The notes below the pieces were generated by a model. The model ran no database searches. It saw only the letters and a list, made by a program, of their open reading frames with translations, and was not told the DNA's origin. A stretch of DNA of 64,000 nt from Paecilomyces variotii (lineage: Eukaryota), in NCBI GenBank assembly GCA_004022145.1, contig RCNU01000008.1. One strand, 5' to 3'. This document shows positions 23,357-34,595 of this stretch, piece after piece. Within the stretch, counting starts at the first letter, position 1. The number at the start of each line of letters is the position of its first letter. Both the position numbers and the translations under genes were made by a program.

Positions 23357-23929
23357 ATGGCATCTGCGCATAAGGGAAAGGTCTTGCTGGTGCTTGACCT
23401 CCAGCAAGGCATCATTTCCCGCTTCCCGAGTTCATCTGGATTTCTCGCCCAGACGGCAAAGACCATCGACGCAGCACGCGAAAAGTCGATTCCAGTCATC
23501 TACGTAACAGTCAATTTCCGCCCCGGCTACCCGGAGGTCTCTTCGAGCAATAAAATGTTCGCAGGAGTTCTTGCGTCTGCCGGAGATGCATTCGTGGAAG
23601 GAAAGCCTGCTGTGCAGATTCCATCTGAAATTGCGCCCACAGAGAAAGATATCCTCGTGTCAAAGCGCCGTGTTTCAGCATTCTCTGGAAGCGATCTAGA
23701 TGTCGTCCTCCGCGGTCTTGGTGCCGATACCCTTATCATTACAGGGATCGCGACCAGCGGTGCTGTTCTCTCAACTGTGAGACATGCCGCTGATCAGGAC
23801 TTCTCGATAACCGTTCTGGATGACCTATGTTTGGATGGGGATGAGGAAGTCCATCGGGTACTTGTCGAAAAGGTGTTCCCGAAACAGGGAGAGGTTATGT
23901 CTTCGGAGTCGTGGATCAAGAGTCTGTAG
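23357..23929 (+). CDS. Isochorismatase-like (cysteine hydrolase family) protein, intronless
   Basis: LLVLDLQQG; IPVIYV; SKRRVSAFSGSDLDVVLR; ITGIATSGAVLSTVRHAADQDF. Confidence 0.9.
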   Translation: MASAHKGKVLLVLDLQQGIISRFPSSSGFLAQTAKTIDAAREKSIPVIYVTVNFRPGYPEVSSSNKMFAGVLASAGDAFVEGKPAVQIPSEIAPTEKDILVSKRRVSAFSGSDLDVVLRGLGADTLIITGIATSGAVLSTVRHAADQDFSITVLDDLCLDGDEEVHRVLVEKVFPKQGEVMSSESWIKSL

Positions 23930-26538
23930 TTAGAGATCATATTTGGTCCTATATTATGATCTCTGACACGGAACTGTGATTTCGTTCGCCGCCTTGCAAA
24001 CTCTGTTGACGGTAACGAGTGGTTTTCCTTAACATCTGACATGACATGACGTCTTTCGTTAATATTCTCATTGGCAGTTGTGGATCAGATCTGGTTGCGA
24101 CTTGAATATGGCCGGTATAGGATGAAAATCAGTCCGGGGTTTCTGTTCAACGATTTCCAGTGTGAGAACTACCTAGATGCACAACCTGTCAAGTCAGCCG
24201 CCGTATTCCTTTAGCTAGCCTGGGATTCCGTACAATTATACAATGCACTATGAAATCCCCCGACATCACCGAGCTTGCTCCTGAGTTGATGTTGCGCTGC
24301 GGTGAAGATCTCCTCACTTTGATCAAGCTATATCTATAAATCAGATAGGCATCGATAGCTCCTCATCTTCGGCCCATGGGCGAAGGGGATCAGTCAGACC
24401 TGTAGATCAGGGAGAAGTGTGTGGCACTGTGGCTTGACATATTTCCTACAGAATAATAGTTTCGGTTCTAGAACCCCTGAAACATCATCTGTAGTTTCAC
24501 CGGCCTTGTTAGTTGTAGCCCAAGTCCCGACACATGGGTAATCATAGTACATATTAATTAGCTAGCGTCCACTGTGAAGGTCCCCGACAGCCACAAACGA
24601 TAAGAGTATATACTATAGCCACTGGGCGCTTCATGGCCGCTAGGATCTGATCTAGAGTCTTCAACATCGCGCTTTGACGTCTGTGAACCCCCTCGTTAGT
24701 TGCAGATACTGGTGAGATCAAGGCTGTAGTGAATTGGTTCCCATGCGAGTTAGCAGTGCTACTTGATTAAGCTGTCTGAGTTCTCGGTGTCTAGATCTAT
24801 GACACAATCACATGCGGGATGTTGGCTATCGTATTTCGTAGTCTGTCGTATATTGACAACTTAGCAGGTATTATTTTCATGCATCTCAATGGACTTGAAG
24901 TGCCTAGATTGATCGCCGATTGAAGATCAATTACGATTTCGGAGCACTAACCATAAATTAACTAGCACCATTTATCGATGAAAAACTCGTTGAACTAATA
25001 ATAATGGATGAGGATAATATATTTGGCGCGTAAAATTAGGTCTAATGGCCCGGTTTGCATGAGTCTCCATCTTCGAAGGTTTTCTCAGTCAAATCGAGGG
25101 GTACCTGCGCAGTAATCCCCGGCTTAGGGTTGGCCTTGGAGACCTGGAACTGGACCTCTGAGAAGAAATGATCGAACCTCCGAGGTCTGCGCGATGGAGA
25201 GAGGGCCAACGAGCTTCACGATGATGAAGTCGACAATCAAAGAGTATTATTTAGTTACGACTTACCTACTTACTCCGTAATCAGATCCGATGGACATGTC
25301 ACGTGATAGACCGGGCGTTAACACCTTCCATTCCAGGCCTTCATGAGATGGCCCCCAACGACTCCTCAACTTCTGAGAATAACCGAAGAACTGAACCGCG
25401 TTTTTCTAGCGCAGGACTCTTGTGCAACGTCCGTGTTGCCCGCGGCCGAGGTCCGGCAACCATCCAGGTAGTTGGCTTAGGCCCCTGAGCCCTGGCATCG
25501 ACTTGTTTCTCAAGGCTAACAGTGACTAACGCTGGCAGTGCAACCTAACGAGGCTTAGCCAGGTACAGACTCAACGCTCAGGACTCCGGGCTGAGCGCAC
25601 TAACCGTTCCTAAATTTGATCAATTTCTTGCTTGACGATCGACGCGTGGCCGAAGCCAATGATGATCCTCCGGGATGTCCTTCAGCTCACGAACCGATGC
25701 CTCGTGCGTCGGGGACCATCGTGCACCCGGCGTATCCCGTCGACTGAGTAGTAAGTATTACGGAGTAGTAGAGGCCAGACGATGTGACGACTTTCCTTAT
25801 TTGTGCTCATGGCCTTCTACTTACCCTGTATCTAGCGGAGGCACTGTCAGTTGTGGAACGTCCGAGGAATTATTATTATTGTTATTGATTATTCGAACCC
25901 AAGATGCCGACCAAAAATCGATATGAAGCTAATTGACCCAGGGAAATTATAGCTTCTACAGACGGGACAGGCCCCGCTATCAACGTCCCGGTCTCCAGAC
26001 CGTTGCTGGCAGTTGAACCGCAAGATTCGTTCATCCCGTCAAATGATCGTTCTCTATTGGCATCAGTTCCACGGGCCAGCCCCATCACACCCATAGCTTT
26101 GGGTATCGATGTGATCGGCCCCGTCTTCCCCTGGTCGAGTGCACGGGACTTGATCTGAGATGAAGACGCAGCTTTTGCTTCCTTCCGCTTGTGAAACACC
26201 ATCATTCTGCTGTATATCACTGTCACTCCTTATTCCCTTCAACGATTCCAAGCATACTATGAAGCAGAGCTCTGCTCCCTTATCTACCCTCGTCTTATTC
26301 AAGTCCATCGTTTTCTGAGTTTTGACTTAGCCACTGCTTCTCTAGCATAGACACGGTCCTTACACCACTAGAATTATTCACCACGTCATATATCCGGAAT
26401 TCACGGCCTTAACGTCCCTGTTGATTCTTTGAGGGCCCCTGGAGAAACTGACATCTTCCATGGGATATTGTTATCTGAAAAATCATTGACCGTGGAACTT
26501 TGAGTCGTTGCTATCATTGTGGGACAAGGTCTTTCAAG

Positions 26539-28752
26539 ATGGTGGGCTTAAGGAAGTTTTTCAACCCGGAAAAAGGTGTGTCTCTACGACGTCCTCGTAC
26601 GAGACACCACGAAGACTCGACAGCAGACCTGGGCCACTTGAACCGTGTCGAAAGCTATGCGCAGTCAGCTGTTCTTTCACCAATGAGTCCCGGCTTTCCT
26701 CCTGAGCTTAGATCACCTCGGTTGGACATGAGCCATCACTTTGCTGGTATTGAGAAACAGTTTGAAGAGCTGCATGAGCAATTTCAGGCGCGGCCTATGT
26801 CTGCAATCTCTCATTGTCCATCCGATACTCGCAGCGCCTTCACAGTCAGGACCACACGTCATGTCGATCTTGTAGAAGCAGTGTCCTCTCATAGTCACCA
26901 GATGAACGGCACGTCGCTGACGGATCCATACAACGAAAATGTCGCCGACCGAAACATTTTACAGCCAGGGAAAAAGAAACAGAAACGATCTCGGTATGCC
27001 CGGTTTATATCCGCTCTATACCATGAAGACGTGGCAGATCGGAACATAGCGAGCAGGGGAAGCAGTGTCTCGAACTCGGGATCGCGCAAAAGCGGCAACT
27101 CCTCGGAGACACGGCCAACAACAAGAGCAGGGTTCCTTGGCAGAGGCCGAGTCTCCCACATACCGACAGTTCTTCGAAGAGAGAATAGCAGTGTGTTGGT
27201 TACTTCTCCGCAAGTGGATCTACTGCAGAACTCTGGTTCTTTCAGTGAGAATCCCGGCAATCAGGAAAAAGGACCTATACAAACTTCTACAGAAAGTCTA
27301 CGATCACAGAAATCCGCGCCGAATCTGTTAGCAAAAGCGCAGAATTCCCCACGCAATGATGCTGGACCCGGAAAGTCAACCCTTCTGGAAGTGCCCGAAG
27401 CTTTCAAATATGGCAGGAAGATGTCGAGTGTCCCCCTCCCGGATAGTCCGACCTTACCAGATCTCTGCTGCCAAAGGCCAGCAACTTCATGCGTGTCAAT
27501 TGATCCAGTTTATTCAAACGAAAAACATAACTCAGAAAACACGGAGCGAGTCGAGGATTCTCGAGCAACATCTAAAAAGAATGTACGGGATCTTCGGATC
27601 AACACACAGTTAGCTTCAACCAGGAATCCTATGAAGATCGAACATCGGGCTATACAACCACCAACACCACACCAGGACTTGGGTGTCCCAAGTCCCAGCA
27701 TCGCGCAAATTGTGAATAGTCCGCTTCCAGCCGCCACGCCTTCGTCTATCTCGTCACCGCTGCCGTCCACGTATAATGCAGAGGAAATCATGGATATGTT
27801 CAAGCAAGCCTATGTGTCGACGCATGTCAAATCACCTGTTCCTACCTTTGAGACCCTCCAAGATGCCATCGTTCGGGAGATCAACTCGCATGAGGCTTTC
27901 CGCCGTGTGCCAGTCCCTGATATCATGGCCCCCCCGTTCACGCCACCTCTGACTGAGGATGAATTCCTCACTGATAGCGAGCTCCAAACCCCAGTGGCGT
28001 CACAGAGATACCCTCTCGAGAGGGAAAACCAGTTCACGAAGCTTATCCGTAAAACATCCCAAGGACGGAAGAGGAGAAGCAAAAGCATATCATCGCTTAT
28101 ACCATCAAAGGCATACGATAAGCTCGTTAAGCGCCCTGAAACGAGTGGCCGGGGACGGAGGCACACGTTTGCTGAGAGACCTTCCGCTGGTCTTGCTGCT
28201 ACTATGTATCCCGACCAGCACTTTCATGGGGAAGCCCAGAGAGGATCTGTCCCGTACGGAAACCTTCACCGTGGTGCGTCCGACTCGCAGGTCCCTCTGA
28301 GATCGATCCCGAAGGTGAACTTAGACTCAGAGGTTAAAAATGCCTTCCGCCCAAGTTCTTCAGCAACATCTGGCTCTCGCAACAGAGCGGACATGCTTCA
28401 ATCAAGACCATCTGCCATTCGTCGTATGTGCGCACAGGCGTCACCTCCAGAAGACGATAATGACAAAACATTTTACGTCGACGATGATCCAGACGATATC
28501 ATCGAGCTTCCGCATGTTGACGTCCGTCCCATACAGATCAAGAGCGTTGATGACAATGACGTGGCGTACTTTTTCAACGCAGTACAACCAATAGATCTTG
28601 ATGAACCGACAAGCAAACGATGTTCAACTCCTCAGAGGGCTTTTCAAAAGCAGTATATCTCTTCGGCTTTCTCTCACAGCAGGAAGCACATTCCTCTTCG
28701 GAGAAGTAGTCTGAACAACGGCAGTCCAGACTCGCAACGAGCAGTGCGGTGA
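26539..28752 (+). CDS. Hypothetical Ser/Pro/Arg-rich fungal protein (~737 aa)
   Basis: Long uninterrupted ORF from MVGLRKFF. Conserved-looking islands PYNENVADRNI, LYHEDVADRNI and FETLQDAIVREINSHEAFRRVP. No domain recognised. Confidence 0.75.
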   Translation: MVGLRKFFNPEKGVSLRRPRTRHHEDSTADLGHLNRVESYAQSAVLSPMSPGFPPELRSPRLDMSHHFAGIEKQFEELHEQFQARPMSAISHCPSDTRSAFTVRTTRHVDLVEAVSSHSHQMNGTSLTDPYNENVADRNILQPGKKKQKRSRYARFISALYHEDVADRNIASRGSSVSNSGSRKSGNSSETRPTTRAGFLGRGRVSHIPTVLRRENSSVLVTSPQVDLLQNSGSFSENPGNQEKGPIQTSTESLRSQKSAPNLLAKAQNSPRNDAGPGKSTLLEVPEAFKYGRKMSSVPLPDSPTLPDLCCQRPATSCVSIDPVYSNEKHNSENTERVEDSRATSKKNVRDLRINTQLASTRNPMKIEHRAIQPPTPHQDLGVPSPSIAQIVNSPLPAATPSSISSPLPSTYNAEEIMDMFKQAYVSTHVKSPVPTFETLQDAIVREINSHEAFRRVPVPDIMAPPFTPPLTEDEFLTDSELQTPVASQRYPLERENQFTKLIRKTSQGRKRRSKSISSLIPSKAYDKLVKRPETSGRGRRHTFAERPSAGLAATMYPDQHFHGEAQRGSVPYGNLHRGASDSQVPLRSIPKVNLDSEVKNAFRPSSSATSGSRNRADMLQSRPSAIRRMCAQASPPEDDNDKTFYVDDDPDDIIELPHVDVRPIQIKSVDDNDVAYFFNAVQPIDLDEPTSKRCSTPQRAFQKQYISSAFSHSRKHIPLRRSSLNNGSPDSQRAVR

Positions 28753-29817
28753 ACGCGCATCCGGCCAAATGAATTACATTTGTCGCTATTAAAATGTTGC
28801 ATACTCCTGAGTAGCAACAATCCTCCTTCGTTTTATTTTATTCCATTTTTCATATTTTACACTACGTACTTGGGACATGGTTTCATCTTTTTTTCAAGCC
28901 AGCTGACGGTTATATATGGCGCCATTGGTTGGTTACAGTTTCTAGATTCTTCGGGGCGCACCCATGCTGCATTTCTTTTTTTTTCTTTTGTGTTCTGCAC
29001 TTATACCACACCTTAGCCTGGTCTTTTCTTTTTGTTCGGATGGAAAATTGGGTTCTAACTTGCGCGGAGGGCCAAGTCATTGCATTGGATTACGGTTATA
29101 CGGTTTTGGTCATAGAAGGGATAAAAGGGATATTCATACTACATAGTTTCTCTTACCTCTCCCATAACACTTCCGGTATATCTACTGTTCGTTTATTATT
29201 CCGGCTCCAATGCAAACAGAATTATACACGAGGCTTAAGTTTTCGACCGTTTGTACGGGCAAAGTAAGATGTCAAGATGTTGTAAGGGATGCTTAGCTGC
29301 TCGAAAAGCGCCTCGCTAATTGAAATCATTCGAGCCACTGATATATATAACGCTTTACTGCTGATATCTTCACGCCAGGTGCCGTCCTTGATCCGATATT
29401 GCAATTCAATCATAATGAAGGCGACCGTTCATCTACACTGTCACGTGATGAACGTAATAGGAGGTCTCGCTTCACCTTCCTTGGTCCGCTTTGTCTCGGT
29501 CCGGTTACCCCAGCTTTCCTGCTGCATCTAACGAAGAGAGAAGAGTCATCTTCCTCTCTTCGAAACTAACAATGCCAGTCGGTTGAAGAGTTGTGGGACC
29601 GGAAGACTTTCCAGGATAAGGGGGTTTCTAATTTAATCAGGAATCGGAAAATGTCTCTGCATAATTCCCTGGAATATAAATGCGGGGTGTGCCCTTCGTC
29701 TCTGAGGACGCTCAATTCTACACAGATCAGCTTCCCGAAGAAGAAAAAAAGAACCTGAAGTTGAAGGTTTAAGGCTTCTGATCAAGGACCCTCTCTGTAG
29801 ATTTCTCATTCTTTATC

Positions 29818-30856
29818 ATGGCGTTTTCTCAACGGTTGTTGAACAAAGTCGCAATTGTGACGGGTGCTTCCTCCGGTCTAGGTCGAGCTATCGCACTTGC
29901 ATATGCTCACGAAGGCGCTCATTTGGTCTGCGGCGATCTCCAAGCTACCACTCGCTCGGTTATTGCAGATGAGTTGCATATAAACACTGATGAACTCATC
30001 AGACAGAACGGTGGTAAAGCAATCTTCATCCAGACGGATGTGGGCAATGCCGCGTCCGTGGAAGCTCTTGTCAAAACTGCAGTGGATGAGTATGGAAGAC
30101 TAGATGTGTAAGGACTACCTAATATCTGTTGGACGATTCACTTGGTTTTGTGTCTTTACGCGATCTTTGAAGGATCAATAAGAACTAATCAGACTATGCT
30201 CCGCAGTATCGTCAACAATGCCGGCATTTCGGTCGAAGCTCGCGATCCGCAACCAATTCATACTACGACCGAAGAGGTGTGGGATTTGACCATGCAAGTT
30301 AATGCGAAATCGGTGTTCCTTGGTTGCAAATACGCAATTTCACAGATGCTCAAACAAGATCCACATCCTTCGGGTGATAGAGGCTGGATTATCAATACGT
30401 CCTCCATCATGGGTCTTATTGCTGGCCCAAATAACCGTATGTCGACAACAAAGTCGACTTGCTGTGAGAAGATGCTAATATAAATACTTCTAGCGTCATA
30501 TTGTGCATCTAAAGGTGCTGTGAGCAGTCTTACTAGACAGGTTGCTCTTGACTATGGCAAGGATAGAATCCATTGCAATGCTATCTGTCCTGGGTGTAAG
30601 AGCTCACCTGTCACCACATTCTTGTTCAGAACCTAGAATTGTAATTGCTAACCTCATTGCAGACATACAAACTGCGATTATGGCTGAGACCACAACGAAT
30701 CTGACACCCCTTGACGATCTCAAACGAAGGCATCCATTCGGTGGACCGGGCAAGCCAGAAGACGTGGCCAAGTTTGCCGTCGTTCTCGCTAGCGATGATG
30801 CAGCATGGGTATCTGGAGCAAACATGTACATCGATGGAGCCTATACTGCTCGATGA
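29818..30856 (+). CDS. Classical short-chain dehydrogenase/reductase, 3 introns
   Basis: TGASSGLG, NNAG, YCASK catalytic motif, CNAICPG and IDGAYTAR; GT-AG introns between the blocks. Confidence 0.92.
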
Positions 30857-32071
30857 TTGAGTCATCTCAATTGTGGATATTGAATATCCACGACCGCACA
30901 TAACACTGACAGTCCATACAAGAATATAGAGACATATCTAACGAAGAATTGCCATGGCGCATTCGACGCAAAGTATCCATATAGGCTTTAGGTAGCTTCC
31001 GCAATATAAATCAGAAAGAGGGTTGGCAAAGGAACGTATTTTGCCACGCCTAGCCGCACAAGTCTAGCCACATTATGCGTATTATCAGGAACTCCATTCT
31101 CGTTGGTTGGCATTCTCAATGTGAACATTGCCCGATGTGCAGTAGTAAGTGATAGGCAGATCTGTAGGGCACCGAACAAATGGTCCTGCTAGTATGCCAT
31201 CATATATTCTTTCACTATGATTTGGACCTCCCTGGTAGGGAATAAGGGTTGAATCCGCTAGCTTCCCACATGAGCTGCAGTCGACTCAACAAGTAACGAG
31301 TTCAATTATTGACACTTTATAATGGCATATATACCAAAGAACATGTGCATTGTTAATGGAACATGTAACCCAGGATAAATATACTATTAGTATTCCGTGA
31401 AAGGATCCTGGTGACACGAGATTGTGGGATAGTACTGCTGTGATGGACCGAGCGGGAGAGTTTGCAGGCGAATATCGGAGAGATATGCGCAGGACCACTG
31501 TCCATGATAGCAGCTCGCAGGCACGGGGCCTGAATGCAAAAGATACTCCAGCTCAAGGCTTTGTTCTGTATGGGGGACCAGCTGCTATGAGGGCCTGTAG
31601 CCCGTCTGATGTAGGCTGTGAAGTGTGATTAGATGAGATGATTAGCATATCTTCTTGCTTGGGTCCATAATTGAGATATAAACCCAACAGAATTCTAGGG
31701 TATTGTGTCTTTGCTCCTTAATGTCAAATATCTATTGGAAGGTGGGGTTGTCGCATGAGACTGGAAGTGGCTGTAAAGGCGCATAGTCAACGAAACTCAA
31801 CACCTATATCCTACCACTACAAGTGCGCCATAAATAATACCCCCATTAAGATATCATAGCTGTATAGGAGCATTTTAACGTATTGATGTTTCCAGATGTG
31901 CCATCCCCTCAGTTCAAGTGGGATGTCGACCATCTGGAATGTTCACCGCCTTGGAGCGGCAGAACTTTTAGCGCGACACGCTTTCTTTGGGCCTCGAAAA
32001 GCATCGCTCGGCAGCAGGCAGTCGGAGCTTTGAAGACAGATCACAGCATCATTTCTGTCTGTTTTGCAAGC

Positions 32072-34057
32072 ATGTCTGGTATTTTTGAGCAGCCGCGAAA
32101 TGCGGGCACTCTCTGTATGGCCGCCTCTCCCTTATTCGTGTCTTGAGACCAGCACTGACAGCTCGCACAGTCTTGGGTGGGCAGAAAATCAGCGGAGCAG
32201 ATGTCCGGGATCAGAATGGTATGTCGAATCTAGTGCGGAAATTGCTTGTTCATACGTGCTGACCCATGTTTAGTTCTTGCGACGCAAGCCATCGCCAATG
32301 TCGTCAAGAGCTCCTTCGGCCCTTCCGGTCTGGATAAGATGATGGTGGATGATATCGGTGTACGAAGCATCCGTGCCCCTCACTCCTGACTTTTACACTG
32401 ACAAATCTTCAGGATGTCACGGTCACGAACGATGGAGCTACTATTCTGAGTCTTCTGGATATCGAACACCCTGCTGGAAAGATCTTGGTGGATCTGGCAC
32501 AGCAGCAGGACAAGGAGGTCTGGATCATATAATCCCTCATTATTTCGATGCAGTTCATACTGATGCTAGCTAGGTTGGAGATGGTACCACTTCTGTCGTC
32601 CTGATTGCCTCCGAGCTCCTAAAACGAGCAAACGAGCTTATGAAGAACCGTATTCATCCCACTACCATCATCACTGGTTACAGACTAGCTCTCCGAGAAG
32701 CTGTCAAGTACATGAACGAGAACATCAGCACGAAGGTCGAGAGCTTGGGCAAGGAGAGTCTTATCAGCATCGCTAAGACATCAATGTCTAGTAAGATCAT
32801 CGGCGCTGATGCAGACTTCTTCGCCAACATGGTTGTGGATGCGATGTTGCTGGTCAAGTCAACCAACCAGAAAAACGAGGTTAAGTACCCCGTGAAGGCT
32901 GTGAATCTTCTCAAGGCGCACGGAAAGAGTTCCACGGAGTCCATTCTCGTTAATGGTTATGCCTTGAACTGCACGGTCGCCTCGCAGGCTATGAAGACCC
33001 GGATAACTGATGCCAAGATCGCCTGTCTGGACATGAACCTACAGAAGGAGAGGATGAAGTTGGGCGTCCAGATCACTGTCGATGACCCTCAGCAACTCGA
33101 GAAGATCCGTGAACGAGAGTCTGGTATCGTCCTGGAGAGAGTAGAGATGATTCTCAAGTCTGGAGCGAATGTCATCCTCACCACGAAGGGTATCGACGAC
33201 ATGGTTCTGAAGCTCTTTGTTGAAAGAGGCGCGATGGCCGTACGAAGATGCAAGAAGGAGGACCTAAGACGGATAGCAAAGGCCACCGGGGCTACCCTTG
33301 TCAGCACTCTCTCAGATCTGAACGGCGATGAGAAGTTCGAGACGTCATACTTGGGACATGCGGAAGAAGTTGTCCAGGAGCGGATATCGGACGATGAGTG
33401 CATCCTTGTCAAGGGAACCAAGGTTCACACCTCTGCTTCGATCATTCTTCGAGGACCCAACGACTTCCAGCTGGACGAGATGGAGCGCTCCGTGCACGAC
33501 TCTCTCTGCGCTGTGAAGAGGACACTCGAGAGTGGTAGCATTGTCCCCGGTGGTGGTGCTGTCGAGACTGCTCTTCATGTCTACCTGGAGGAATTCGCTG
33601 TCACAGTGGTAAGTATATTCGCTTCTATCTGACTCGTCTATTGCAAACCGAACTAATACGATCCATGCAGAGCTCCCGTGAGCAACTCGCGATTGGTGAA
33701 TTCGCTCAATCTCTCCTTATCATCCCCAAGACTCTCACTGTCAACGCTGCCAAGGACTCATCCGAACTTGTCGCCCAGCTGCGTGTACGCCACGCGCTTT
33801 CCCAGAGCCTCCAGGAAGGAAATGCCAACGAGGACGAGAAGGCTATTGCTAAGAAGAAGACGTACAAGAACTACGGTCTCGACCTCGCGAAGGGCCGTGT
33901 GCACGATAGTATCAAGGCTGGTGTGCTCGAGCCTAGCATGAGCAAGATCAAGCAGCTGAAGAGTGCCGTCGAAGCCTGTATTGCTATCATGCGTATCGAT
34001 ACCATGATCAAGCTGGACCCCGAACAGCCGGCAGAGGATGATGGACATGGACACTAG
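32072..34057 (+). CDS. CCT1: T-complex protein 1 alpha subunit (chaperonin CCT), 5 introns
   Basis: [63 protein letters not shown]. Confidence 0.97.
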
Positions 34058-34595
34058 ACGAGGCATAATTCAAAACAACCCCCTGACTTCATATACTGTT
34101 CTTTAACGATACGAAGTTTTTCTTTCTTTCCTGCCCAATGGCGAAATGTCCTGGGGGAAAATAAGCAAAAGGAAAGGCGAGCTGAATAAACAAAAAGTAA
34201 TAAACAACATCTGATGACCATCTAAACCGCATCGTATTATGCTATGGAAGACTCGGATTCGATCTCTTTCGACGTAGCTAGTAGGCATTGTAGGCTTGTA
34301 TTATTGAGGTACCGCCAAAATAATTAGCACTTTCTCTAGACCAGAAAATGATCGTAAGAAATGGAAAGTCGTCTTAACGATCCAATATTGCTCGCTATGC
34401 TATGGAAGATATCGAAAAAGACGAGTAAAATGACATGTAACATTTCCCATTAGACAGGGAATTTTCTTCCAGACGCCACGCTCAATAACAGACAAATCCC
34501 GACGCCTTGCAATGCATAATTCGCCCTCAAAACATTAAAAGATGATGTGTCTAGGAAGCAGAGCGAGAATAAAGAAAAGGAACAGAGTATGAAAA

